The notes: generated by a model from the letters alone, not told the origin. A DNA stretch of 64,000 nucleotides from Acidimicrobiia bacterium (GCA_046565645.1 JBKHYD010000066.1:10528-74527), one strand, 5' to 3'; counted from the first letter of the stretch, positions 17,981-27,209 are shown. Made by a program: numbers and translations.

Positions 17981-18742
17981 TCAGAGGAGCTGGTCGCGGA
18001 GGGCCGAGACGGTGGCGGGGCTGACGCCGAGGGCGGCGACGAGGCCCTCCATGGAGCCGTAGCGGGCGTCGACCTCGACCAGGAAGCCCAGCATGGCCTC
18101 GACGGGGGCCTCCAGGTACTCCTTGGGCTGGCTGCTCATGGCGTCGACCGCGTCGGGGAGCTCCACGGCGAGCCACCGACTGAGCTCCTCCATGGCCGCC
18201 GCCGAGAGGTGGTAGTCGTGCGCGATCACGTCGTGGTCCACGCCCAAGAGGCCGAGCAGGACGGCGGCCAGCACCCCGGTGCGGTCCTTGCCGGCCGAGC
18301 AGTGGAACAGGGCTGGCTGCCCGTCGGCGATCAGCTCGAGAGCGCGGGCGAGGGAGCCGCCGCCCTGGTCGAGCATGTCGAGGTAGCGGTCCCGGAGGAA
18401 CGCCGCCGCCCCCGTCCCGGGGACGAGGTCGTCGTCGCTCCAGATGCGCTGCAGGACGGGCAGGTGGTGCCAGTCGACGGGGTGGAGGTGGGTGGGGAAC
18501 CGGCCCCGCTCCAGCTCGCCCTCGGTGCGGAGGTCGAGCACCGTGCGCAGCCCGAGGGCGGCCACCGCCTCGAGGTCCTCGCCGTCGAGGCGGTGGACGC
18601 CGTCGGCCCGGTAGACGACGCCCCGCCGGACCAGCCGTCCGTCCGCGGTGGGCAGGCCGCCGAGGTCACGGACGTTGAAGACCCGCTGGAAGCGGATCAC
18701 CCGGTCGAGCTCGTCGATCGTGGGGTCCGGGGTCGTGGTCAC
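17981..18742 (-). CDS. Protein tyrosine/lipid phosphatase (MptpB/IphP-like)
   Basis: NVRDLGG, DLR and P-loop HCSAGKDRTG motifs. Confidence 0.93.
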   Translation of the reverse strand: MTTTPDPTIDELDRVIRFQRVFNVRDLGGLPTADGRLVRRGVVYRADGVHRLDGEDLEAVAALGLRTVLDLRTEGELERGRFPTHLHPVDWHHLPVLQRIWSDDDLVPGTGAAAFLRDRYLDMLDQGGGSLARALELIADGQPALFHCSAGKDRTGVLAAVLLGLLGVDHDVIAHDYHLSAAAMEELSRWLAVELPDAVDAMSSQPKEYLEAPVEAMLGFLVEVDARYGSMEGLVAALGVSPATVSALRDQLL

Positions 18743-18913
18743 CCGTCGAACCTACCGGCGCCATGCCAACCTGCGGCCAGCAGGGGGTGGCCAGCGGGTG
18801 AGCCTTCGGTCACCAGCGGGTGACCGCGACCCGGGCGGGCGGTCGGGCGCCGCCGCACGCCGAGGGCCGACGTCGTCTGGCATCGGGCGGCACCGCCCGG
18901 GCAGGCTGCGGCG

Positions 18914-20080
18914 ATGTCCATCAGGGGGAAGGCGGTCATCGTCGGCGCCTACGAGCACCCACGGCGCGAGATCCCGGACCGCACGATCGCACAGATCCAC
19001 CGGGAGGTGGCCGTCGGGGCGCTGACCGACGCCGGGCTCAGCCTGGCCGACGTGGACGCCTACTTCTGCGATGCCACCGCCGGCTTCGGGCCGATCACCA
19101 TGGCCGAGCACCTCGGGCTGGCCCCCCGCTACGTCGACTCCACCGAGACCGGCGGGAGCTCCTACCTGGCCCACGTCGGCCACGCCGCCGCCGCCATCGC
19201 GGCCGGCAAGTGCCGGGTGGCGCTGATCACCCTGGCCGGTCGGCCCCGCACCGGTGGCCCGCCGCCCGGCGGCACGGCCCGCCTGGCGGGCACGCCGGAG
19301 TCGGGCTTCGAGCAGGTCGGGATCTTCAGCCCCGTCGGGAACTACGCGCTCGCCGCCTCGCGCCACATGCACGAGTTCGGCACCACCAGCGAGCAGCTGG
19401 CCTGGATCAAGGTGGCCGCCTCCGAGCACGCCCAGCACAACCCCCACGCGCTGCTGCGAGACGTGGTGACGGTGGACGACGTGGTCGGCTCGCCGATGAT
19501 CGCTGATCCGCTCCACCGGCTCGACTGCTGCGTCGTGACCGACGGCGGCGGCGCACTCGTCGTCGTCCACCCCGACGTGGCCCGCGATCTCGGACGGGCG
19601 GGGGCGACCGTCCTCGGTCACGGCGAGGCCGTGAAGCACACCGATGCCGGCCGGATCGACCTCACGTACTCGGCGGCCCGCTGGTCGGGACCAGCCGCCT
19701 TCGCCGAGGCGGGGGTGACCCCGGAGGACATCCAGTACGCCTCGATCTACGACAGCTTCACGATCACCGTGCTCATCGCGTTGGAGGACCTCGGCTTCTG
19801 CGAGAAGGGCCAGGGGGGCGCCTTCGTGGCCGACGGCGCGCTGCGCAGCCCGGGCGGGCGGCTCCCGTTCAACACCGACGGTGGTGGCCTGTGCAGCAAC
19901 CACCCGGCCAACCGGGGCGGCATGACGAAGGTGATCGAGGCGGTCCGCCAGCTCCGGGGCGAGGCGCACCCGGCGGTGCAGGTGCCCGGCTGCGAGCTGG
20001 CCCTCGCTCACGGCACCGGCGGCGCCCTGTCGACCCGGCACGGCAGCGCCACCCTGGTCCTCGGAGCCTGGGCGCGATGA
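18914..20080 (+). CDS. SCP-x/Ltp-type thiolase-like protein
   Basis: DCCVVTDGGGA, YDSFT, NTDGGGL and EAVRQLRG motifs. Confidence 0.9.
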   Translation: MSIRGKAVIVGAYEHPRREIPDRTIAQIHREVAVGALTDAGLSLADVDAYFCDATAGFGPITMAEHLGLAPRYVDSTETGGSSYLAHVGHAAAAIAAGKCRVALITLAGRPRTGGPPPGGTARLAGTPESGFEQVGIFSPVGNYALAASRHMHEFGTTSEQLAWIKVAASEHAQHNPHALLRDVVTVDDVVGSPMIADPLHRLDCCVVTDGGGALVVVHPDVARDLGRAGATVLGHGEAVKHTDAGRIDLTYSAARWSGPAAFAEAGVTPEDIQYASIYDSFTITVLIALEDLGFCEKGQGGAFVADGALRSPGGRLPFNTDGGGLCSNHPANRGGMTKVIEAVRQLRGEAHPAVQVPGCELALAHGTGGALSTRHGSATLVLGAWAR

Positions 20081-20526
20081 GCGAGCTCCCCTCCCCCACC
20101 CCGCCCTACAGCCCCGAGGCGGCCCCGTTCTGGGAGGGCCTGGCCGAGGGCACGGTCGTGCTGCCGGTGTGCGACGCCTGCCGCCACCACATCTGGTACC
20201 CGCGGTCGTGGTGCCCGGTGTGCCAGCACGAGTCGGTCACCTGGACTGCGCTCTCCGGCCGAGGCACCGTCTACGCCCGGACCCTGCTCCACAAGGCGAT
20301 GGGCCCCTGGCAGGCGGCGGCGCCCTACGTGATCGCGTACGTCGAGCTCGACGAAGGGCCACGGGTGCTCACCAACGTGGTCACCGACGACCCGGCCTCG
20401 GTGCAGATCGGGGATCCGGTCGAGGCGGTCTTCGTCCCCGTCGACCGTCGGGACGGCGACCCCGACCCCGAGATCACGACTCTGCTCCGCTTCCGTCCCA
20501 CGTCTGTGTGGGATCTCGAGCCGTAG
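20077..20526 (+). CDS. DUF35 Zn-ribbon/OB-fold protein
   Basis: CxxC..CPxC, SGRGTVY, VELDEGPR; ATGA overlap with the thiolase. Confidence 0.92.
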   Translation: MSELPSPTPPYSPEAAPFWEGLAEGTVVLPVCDACRHHIWYPRSWCPVCQHESVTWTALSGRGTVYARTLLHKAMGPWQAAAPYVIAYVELDEGPRVLTNVVTDDPASVQIGDPVEAVFVPVDRRDGDPDPEITTLLRFRPTSVWDLEP

Positions 20527-20550
20527 CGGCGCAGAACCGCACACAGACGT
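20500..20550. repeat. REP/MITE-like palindrome, copy 2 (inverted relative to copy 1)
   Basis: Arms ACGTCTGTGTG / CACACAGACGT; shares internal TTCTGCGCC and GGCTCGA with copy 1. Confidence 0.8.
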
Positions 20551-20552
20551 CG

Positions 20553-21371
20553 TCAGGTGGGGCCGGTGAACCGGGGTGGGCGCTTCTCGCGGTGGCTGGC
20601 CAGGCCCTCGGCGGCGTCGGGCAGGCCGAAGCCCAGGAACTCGTAGGCGAGGGAGGCGTCGAACGCCGCGCCCTGGGCCCGGTACCAGTGGTTGAGCGTG
20701 TGCTTGGTCCACCGGATGGCCGACTGGGCGCCCTGGGCGAGCTGGACGGCCACGGCCATGGCCCGGTCGTGCACCTCGTCGTCGTCGACGCACAGCGACA
20801 CGAGCCCGATCCGCTCGGCCTCCTCACCGGTGAGGGTCTCGCAGGTCAGGAGGTGGTACTTGGCCTTGGCCATCCCGCACAGCAGCGGCCAGCAGAGGGC
20901 GGCGTGGTCCCCGGCCGCGACCCCGAGGCGGGTGTGGCCGTCGATGATGCGGGCGGTGCGGCCCACCACCGACACGTCGGCGAGGAGCGCGGCGACGAGC
21001 CCGGCCCCCACGGCTGGCCCGTGGACGGCCGACACGATCGGCTTCGAGCACTCGATCAGGTTCACGACGAGGTCGCGCGCCTCTCGCATCACCCGCAGCC
21101 GAGTGGCGTGGTCGTCACCCACCATCGCGTCGATCAGCTCGAAGCTCCCGCCGGAGGAGAAGCCCTTCCCCGCCCCGCGCAGCAGCGCGACCCGGGTGTC
21201 GCGGTCGCGATCCACGGCCCGCCACACGTCGGCCAGCTGGGCGTGTGCGTCGGGACCGACGGCGTTCAGGCCGGGGGCGTCGAGCGTGATGCGCAGCACG
21301 CCCTCCGCCGGCCGGTCGAAGGTGAGCGCCGGGAACGGCTCGTAGGGCGAGAGGTCAGCGTCGGCAGCCAT
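20553..21371 (-). CDS. Enoyl-CoA hydratase/isomerase
   Basis: [28 protein letters not shown] and EAERIGLV motifs. Confidence 0.93.
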   Translation of the reverse strand: MAADADLSPYEPFPALTFDRPAEGVLRITLDAPGLNAVGPDAHAQLADVWRAVDRDRDTRVALLRGAGKGFSSGGSFELIDAMVGDDHATRLRVMREARDLVVNLIECSKPIVSAVHGPAVGAGLVAALLADVSVVGRTARIIDGHTRLGVAAGDHAALCWPLLCGMAKAKYHLLTCETLTGEEAERIGLVSLCVDDDEVHDRAMAVAVQLAQGAQSAIRWTKHTLNHWYRAQGAAFDASLAYEFLGFGLPDAAEGLASHREKRPPRFTGPT

Positions 21372-21458
21372 CCCGCTTGTCTACCCGGCCCCACGCGAGG
21401 TGCTGTCGCCGCGGTGCGGCCGGCGGGGCCGTGTCGGTGGACCGCGGCTCGGGGCCCG

Positions 21459-22991
21459 CTAGCGCGCCGGCGGGCGCTCGGTGCGGCGGCGCAGGTGGAG
21501 CAGCGCGGCACCGGCCGCCGCCGCCACGCCGGCGCCGGCCAGCGGGATCGCCGCACCGGTGGCGGGGAGCTGGCCGCCCGCGACGGACGGAGACGCCGGA
21601 GCCGGAGCGGGAAGCGGGGCCGGAGCGGGAAGCGGGGCCGGGGCCGGCCCGGCCGAGGCAGCCAGGGTGCCGCCCCGGAAGGGTCCGGTGACCTCGTAGA
21701 GGATCCCCGGGCCAGGCCCGGTCGGCAGGCCCTCGATGCCCATCCCCCGCTGGGAGTTGAGGTACAGCCGGTTCCCGTCGGGAGACAGGGCGAGGCCGGT
21801 CACCTCGGAGACGAACGGGATCGGCGTGGGCTGATCGAAGCCGTGCTGGGGCCCCGTCAGGCGCACCAGGGGGAAGACGACCCGGTCCGGGGTGATGACG
21901 CACACCTCCAGGTTCCCCCCGTCCTCGGAGACGTACAGGTCGTGGACGGAGGACACGGCGAGGTTGTCCACGCCGCTCAGCACGGGCTCGGGGTGCTCGG
22001 CCGCGTCGAAGAGCACGGTCATCCGCTGGGCCTCGACGTCGAGGTCCCAGATCCGGTCATCGCCCTTGGTGGCCAGGTAGACGTGGCCGTCGTCGTAGAC
22101 GATGCCCTCGCCGCCGTTGAACGGCGTGGCCCCCGGCACGCTGGTGCGCAGCGGGGCGTTCGGCGCCGCCGGATCCATGTGGTCGGCCACGCGGATCCAG
22201 GTGACCGCACCCTCGCCGTCCATCGCCAGCGCCTCGAGCACCCCGCCCTCGAGCGCGGCACCGCTGCCCCAGGTGCCGGCGGGAGGGGTGTAGCGGTAGA
22301 GCAGGCCGTCGTCCTGGTCCTCAGACAGGTAGAGCTGCCGGCGGACCGGATCGGCGGCCGCCATCTCGTGCTTGAAGCGCCCGAGTGCCGGGCGGTCCAC
22401 CGCTCCCGAGGGGTCGAACGGGTCGCACTCGAACACCCGGCCGCCGGCGTAGCTGAGCGCGTCCGCATCGCTCTCCCACTCCTCGCAGGACAGCCAGGTC
22501 CCCCACGGGGTGAGACCCCCGGCGCAGTTGCTCTGGGAGCCCGTGAGGATCGAGTAGGCGTCGACCACCGCGCCATCCGGGGCGAACCGGATCACCCCGA
22601 CGGCGCCCGTGGTCGGCATCTGCGGCACGGCGGCCCCCAGGGCGGCGACCAGCTCGGTCCCGCCCGGGATGTCGACGGGGGGCGGGTTCTCGGAGTTGGA
22701 CACGTAGAGCCAGCCGCCGTCGTCGGTGGGGACGCACGCACCCCCATCGGGGAAGGGGTGCCAGAGGTGGTCCGTGCCCGGGACGGGCGCCAACGAGGTG
22801 GCCACGATCCGGGTCGTGAAGCCCTCGGGCACCATCACGCCGTTCTCGTCCGGGTCGAGGAGCGGCCCGTACGGTGACTCGCCGGGCTGGGCGGGAGCGC
22901 TGAGCGCAGCCCTCCAGAACCCCGGGGCGACGGTCGCCATGGCGCCCAGGGCGCCGGCTCGGACGAGGAGCTGTCGACGGTTCACGTTCAC
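21459..22991 (-). CDS. phoX: PhoX-family (DUF839) alkaline phosphatase, Tat signal and LPATG anchor
   Basis: NRRQLL Tat motif; PDG, NSE, NCAGG.TPWGTWLSCEE, GRFKHE, LSED, EG, DN, ED, SEVTG. The start may be the second GTG at 22985. Confidence 0.9.
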   Translation of the reverse strand: MNVNRRQLLVRAGALGAMATVAPGFWRAALSAPAQPGESPYGPLLDPDENGVMVPEGFTTRIVATSLAPVPGTDHLWHPFPDGGACVPTDDGGWLYVSNSENPPPVDIPGGTELVAALGAAVPQMPTTGAVGVIRFAPDGAVVDAYSILTGSQSNCAGGLTPWGTWLSCEEWESDADALSYAGGRVFECDPFDPSGAVDRPALGRFKHEMAAADPVRRQLYLSEDQDDGLLYRYTPPAGTWGSGAALEGGVLEALAMDGEGAVTWIRVADHMDPAAPNAPLRTSVPGATPFNGGEGIVYDDGHVYLATKGDDRIWDLDVEAQRMTVLFDAAEHPEPVLSGVDNLAVSSVHDLYVSEDGGNLEVCVITPDRVVFPLVRLTGPQHGFDQPTPIPFVSEVTGLALSPDGNRLYLNSQRGMGIEGLPTGPGPGILYEVTGPFRGGTLAASAGPAPAPLPAPAPLPAPAPASPSVAGGQLPATGAAIPLAGAGVAAAAGAALLHLRRRTERPPAR

Positions 22992-24937
22992 GCCTCCTGC
23001 TGGGTCGAGGTGGCCTCGGGTGCCGCGGGCCCGCCGGGCGATGGGCCCGCGGCGGCCAGGGCTCGCATGCGAGCCGCTCGGGCCGACACCAGCGCCCCCG
23101 TCACCGCGAGGGCGGCCACGCCCACGGGGATGGGGCCGCCGGTGGCGGGGAGCCGCTCGGCACCGGCCGCCGCGACCGCCGGTGGGCCCGAGCCGGGGCC
23201 GGTTGCGGGACCGGCCCCGCTGGGCGCCGCCGGGTCGGACGGGTCGGACGGAGCCCGATCGGTCCGGGGGCCGAGCGCCGTCGTCTCCTCGAGGCGGTTG
23301 GTCCCGACCGGCGAGCGCCACGAGGGGCCGGGCACGACCGTGGCCTCGGGGTCGGTCCGGTCAGAGATGTGGAGCCAGTCGAGCTGGGCCGCGTCTCTGG
23401 TGACCTCGAAGACGGCGAAGCCGTGCCGGTCGGGGTCGAGGTACTTGAACCAGGGTCCGAGCGTGTAGGCGACGAGCGGGAGCCCGGCCGAGAACGCCTC
23501 CCCGCCCGGGATGCCGAGCCCCTCCACCGTCTGGCGGAACGAGTCCGACGTGACCGCCGGGGTGACGAACTCCACGGCCACCGACTCGCCGAGCCCGCCT
23601 GCGTAGGCACCCGGGTCAGCGGGGATCTCGGCCGCCCAGGACGAGTGGATGTCGCCGGTCAGCATGACGACGCCCCCGGCGGCGGCGAACGCCTGCCCGA
23701 GCGCCGACTGCTCGTGCTGGTAGCCGTCCCACTGGTCGCCGTTCAGGACCACGGGAGGCTCGAGCCCCAGGCCGTCGAACACCGGGGCGAGGGCGGCGTC
23801 GAGCTCCGGCGAGGGGCTGTCGGGCGGGTCAGCGAGCACCAGCGGGGCGAACATCACCGAGTTGGCCACGACCTTCCAGGTGGCCCTCGATGCGGCGAGG
23901 CCGTCCTCGAACCAGCCCCGCTGCGTGGCGCCGAGCATGGTGCGGTCGGCATCGCCCACCTCGGGGCTGGTCACGAACAGGTCGCCGCTCGCACCCTCGA
24001 CCTGCCGGGAGCGGTGGTTGCGCTCGTCGAGCACGAAGAGGTCGGCCAGCGGACCGAACGAGAGCTGGCGGTGGATCTGCAGGGTGTCGCCGACGGGGCG
24101 CACGGGCATCCACTCCAGGTAGGCCTGCATCGCGGCCGCCTTGCGGGCGGCGTAGCTGCCCTCGTCGTCCTGGTGGTTCTCGGCCCCGTCGGCCCAGGCG
24201 TTGTTGGTGAGCTCGTGGTCGTCGATCGTGGTCACGAACGCGTAGCGACGGTGCAGCGCCGCCAGGTCGGGGTCGGTCTTGTAGAGCGCGTGGCGCTGCC
24301 GGTAGTCGGCCAGCGTGACGATCTCGTGCTCGGGGTCGTGGAACCGGTCGAGGCCCTCGGTGGCGTAGCCGCCCCTGGCGTACTCGTAGATGTAGTCCCC
24401 GAGGTGCAGGACGAGGTCGAGGTCGTCCCGGGCTGCGAGGTGGCGGTAGGCGCTGAAGTACCCCGCCTCGTAGTTGCTGCACGACACGACGCCGAACCGG
24501 AGCCGGTCGACCGCCTCGCCAGCCGCCGGCGCGGTGCGGGTGCGACCGACCGGCGACGTGGCGCCCAGGGCCGTGAACCGGTACCAGTGCTCGGTCGCTG
24601 AGCGCAGGCCCGCGGCGTCGACCTTCACCGTGTGGTCGCGCTCGGCGGTGGCGGTCACGGTGCCCGAGCCGACGATCTGGGTGAAGTCGCGGTCCTCGGC
24701 GATCTCCCAGGTCACCTCGGTGGGGACGCCCACGCCCGATCCCGGGGTGGCGTCGTCGGACGGGGTGACCCGCGTCCAGAGGATGACCCGGTCGGGCCAC
24801 GGGTCGCCCGAGGCCACCCCGTGCCCGAACGGGCCCGGGGCCGGCTGAGCGAGCGCGGGATCCCGGCGGAAGCCGGGTTGGGCGGCGGCGAGGGCGGCGG
24901 TGCCCAGGCCGAGGGCGAGGAAGCGTCGACGATCCAT
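22988..24937 (-). CDS. phoD: PhoD-family alkaline phosphatase D, Tat signal and LPATG anchor
   Basis: DRRRFL Tat motif; FGHGVASGDP, SCSN, HLGDYIYE, DDHE, DQWDGY and TGDIH motifs. Confidence 0.95.
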   Translation of the reverse strand: MDRRRFLALGLGTAALAAAQPGFRRDPALAQPAPGPFGHGVASGDPWPDRVILWTRVTPSDDATPGSGVGVPTEVTWEIAEDRDFTQIVGSGTVTATAERDHTVKVDAAGLRSATEHWYRFTALGATSPVGRTRTAPAAGEAVDRLRFGVVSCSNYEAGYFSAYRHLAARDDLDLVLHLGDYIYEYARGGYATEGLDRFHDPEHEIVTLADYRQRHALYKTDPDLAALHRRYAFVTTIDDHELTNNAWADGAENHQDDEGSYAARKAAAMQAYLEWMPVRPVGDTLQIHRQLSFGPLADLFVLDERNHRSRQVEGASGDLFVTSPEVGDADRTMLGATQRGWFEDGLAASRATWKVVANSVMFAPLVLADPPDSPSPELDAALAPVFDGLGLEPPVVLNGDQWDGYQHEQSALGQAFAAAGGVVMLTGDIHSSWAAEIPADPGAYAGGLGESVAVEFVTPAVTSDSFRQTVEGLGIPGGEAFSAGLPLVAYTLGPWFKYLDPDRHGFAVFEVTRDAAQLDWLHISDRTDPEATVVPGPSWRSPVGTNRLEETTALGPRTDRAPSDPSDPAAPSGAGPATGPGSGPPAVAAAGAERLPATGGPIPVGVAALAVTGALVSARAARMRALAAAGPSPGGPAAPEATSTQQEA

Positions 24938-24957
24938 GCGAGGGGATTCCTACGGGG

Positions 24958-24990
24958 CTCGGGTGACGCCGGGGGGGCCGGCAGGTGGAC
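24958..24990 (-). promoter_or_regulatory. Candidate PHO box (11-nt direct-repeat units)
   Basis: GTCCACCTGCC/GGCCCCCCCGG/CGTCACCCGAG in 11-nt phase upstream of phoD; resembles Streptomyces GTTCACC units. Confidence 0.45.
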
Positions 24991-25136
24991 GGGGATCGTC
25001 ACCGCGATGTCGGTCGAAGGAGCCGGGTCAGGGTGTGCATCGGGGACCCTCACGACTTCGGCGCCGACGGCCGATCCCCTTCCCGCGGATCTCCTGCAGG
25101 GGGATCGTGGACCCGATGCTCGTCAACGAGGCGACG

Positions 25137-26192
25137 TCACAGGTGGGGCGTGACGATGGCGCGGACGCCCTCGGCGAAGCGGTCGACGTCCTGCTCGGTG
25201 GTGGACCACGCCGTCATCCAGCGCAGCATCGAGCGCTCCGCGTCCCAGGGCCACACGAACGACCAGGCCAACAGCTCGGAGGCGGCGGACTCGGGGACCA
25301 CGGGGAACAGCGAGTTCACGGGGGGCGGCTCCCCGAGCCCGACGCCGGGGATGTCGACGGTCGCGGCGTGGAGCCGACCGGCCATGGCGTTGGCGTGCGC
25401 GGCGTTGCGCAGCCAGCGGTCGTCCTCGAGGAGCGCCTGCACCTGCGCGGCGATGTAGCGGGCCTTGGACGGGAGCTGCCCGGCCTGCTTGCGGACGTAG
25501 GCCGCCCGCTCGGCCAGCTCGGGCCGGAGGAACACGACGGTCTCGCCGTACATGGCGCCGTCCTTGGTGAGCCCCAGGGTCATGAGGTCGACGCCCGGGT
25601 CGCGGACCCCCTCGACCAGTGTGGTGCCGAGCGCAACGAGCGCGTTGGCGATGCGGGCGCCGTCGAGGTGGACGAGGAGCCCGTGGGCGTGGGCCTTCTC
25701 GCAGAGGGCGGCCACCTCGTCGACCGTGTAGAGGGTGCCCATCTCGGTGGACTGGGTGATCGACACCACCGCGGGCTGCGGGTGGTGCTCCACGCCGAGC
25801 CAGTGGAGGTACGGGTCCAGGTGCTCGGGCCGGAGCTTGCCGTCGGGGGCGGCGATCGGGGTGACGGTGGCGCCGGTGAAGCGGGCCGGGGCCCCGCACT
25901 CGTCCACCACGATGTGGGCGGTGTCGGGCGTGAGGACGGCTTGCCAGGGCTGGAGCACGGTGGCCAGGCCCACCACGTTGGCGCCCGTGCCGCCCCAGCA
26001 GAACAGCGAGGCCACCGGGGCGTCGAAGCGCTCGCGCAGCGTTGCCTCGGCTCGCTGCGACCACGGGTCGTCCCCGTACGCAGCGGCCGGTCCTCGGTTG
26101 GCCTCCTCCAGCGCGGCCATCACCGCCGGGTCGACCCCGGCGAAGTTGTCGGACGCGAACGATCCCTCGGGAGGCGGCGGCAGCGTGGTCAC
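25137..26192 (-). CDS. ltaE: Low-specificity L-threonine aldolase
   Basis: FASDN, YGDD, GTGAN, TEMGTLY, HLDGAR, TKDG and SKAR motifs. Confidence 0.92.
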   Translation of the reverse strand: MTTLPPPPEGSFASDNFAGVDPAVMAALEEANRGPAAAYGDDPWSQRAEATLRERFDAPVASLFCWGGTGANVVGLATVLQPWQAVLTPDTAHIVVDECGAPARFTGATVTPIAAPDGKLRPEHLDPYLHWLGVEHHPQPAVVSITQSTEMGTLYTVDEVAALCEKAHAHGLLVHLDGARIANALVALGTTLVEGVRDPGVDLMTLGLTKDGAMYGETVVFLRPELAERAAYVRKQAGQLPSKARYIAAQVQALLEDDRWLRNAAHANAMAGRLHAATVDIPGVGLGEPPPVNSLFPVVPESAASELLAWSFVWPWDAERSMLRWMTAWSTTEQDVDRFAEGVRAIVTPHL

Positions 26193-26338
26193 GGCCGGGC
26201 ACGCTACCGAGGCGACGCCCGCTCGCCCCGCCGGGGGCTTCGGCGCAGGACCTCATCTGCCCCCGGGAAGGCCGATCGGCCCTTTACCCCACCTGATGAC
26301 AGGCGCACGATGGGCCCATCAGCCGAGGAGGCGCCTCC

Positions 26339-26794
26339 GTGCGGAGCATCCTGAGCACGCCCGTGACCCAGGTGACCTGGCCCGGCCTGGTCACCGTCGA
26401 CGAGCGAAGGTCGCTGCGCGCCGCCGCCCGTCACCTCGCCGCCCGCCAGGTGGGTGCCGCGGTGGCGGTCCGAGGGTCCCGGCCGGTCGGGCTCATCTCG
26501 GAGCGGGACATCAGCGAGCGGCTGGGCGCCGGCGTCGACGCCGACCTCGACACCGTGGGTGACGCCATGTCCTCGCCGCTGATCGTGGCCCAGTGGGGCT
26601 CCACCGTCGGCGAGGTCCTCCAGCAGATGGCGACCGAGGGGGTGCGGCACCTGCCCGTGCAGGGCCGTGACGGCCATCTCGCCGGGATGACGTCGCTGGC
26701 CGCGCTCCTGGCGCTCGTGGTCGCGGACGACACGGTCGTCGACCTCCGGCGCACCGCCCCGGCCGCCGAGGGAGCCAGCGGCCTCTTCGGCTGA
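26339..26794 (+). CDS. CBS-domain (Bateman pair) protein
   Basis: VGLISERD, VGDAMS and VRHLPV motifs. Confidence 0.8.
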   Translation: MRSILSTPVTQVTWPGLVTVDERRSLRAAARHLAARQVGAAVAVRGSRPVGLISERDISERLGAGVDADLDTVGDAMSSPLIVAQWGSTVGEVLQQMATEGVRHLPVQGRDGHLAGMTSLAALLALVVADDTVVDLRRTAPAAEGASGLFG

Positions 26795-26821
26795 GGGCCG
26801 GGCCATGCCGGCGGGAATGGG

Positions 26822-26895
26822 TGGAGGTGATGGGATTCGAACCCACGGCCTCTTCGATGCGACCGAAGCGCTCTAGCCAGCTGAGCTACACCCCC
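26822..26895 (-). tRNA. tRNA-Ala(CGC)
   Basis: Acceptor stem GGGGGTG/CACCTCC with G3:U70, anticodon arm CTTCG-GTCGCAT-CGAAG, T-loop GTTCGAATC; CCA is not encoded in register. Confidence 0.97.
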
Positions 26896-27003
26896 GTGGG
26901 GACGGTCAGGGTAGCGCAGGCGCCCGAGCGCACCGCCAACGAGGGTATGGCGGGGCGGGGGACGGGTAGGGACCTCGCACCACCCGAATCGGAGGTCCCC
27001 CCA

Positions 27004-27159
27004 ATGCTTGCGTTCGTCCTCGCTGCCGTCCTCGCCATCATCGGCGTCGTCCAGCTCCTGCAGGGCCAGGTCATCCTCGGCATCCTGCTGCTCATCGCAG
27101 CCGTGGTCGTCGGCCCCGGGGGCTACAGCATCTTCCGGGATCGCCGCACCACCTACTAG
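27004..27159 (+). CDS. GPGG-motif small membrane protein (51 aa)
   Basis: GGAGG RBS, two hydrophobic segments, VGPGGYSIF. Confidence 0.8.
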   Translation: MLAFVLAAVLAIIGVVQLLQGQVILGILLLIAAVVVGPGGYSIFRDRRTTY

Positions 27160-27209
27160 GCAGGTGTCGATCCGACGGCGAGAGCGCCGTCGCCACGACC
27201 GTGCACGCG

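Noticed and set aside
21601-21640. 18-nt tandem repeat GCCGGAGCGGGAAGCGGG x2
   Set aside because: In-frame Pro/Ala linker of PhoX; no spacers, so not CRISPR.
26795-26895. tRNA-Ala as an island integration site
   Set aside because: No integrase and no duplicated tRNA 3' end were seen in the window.
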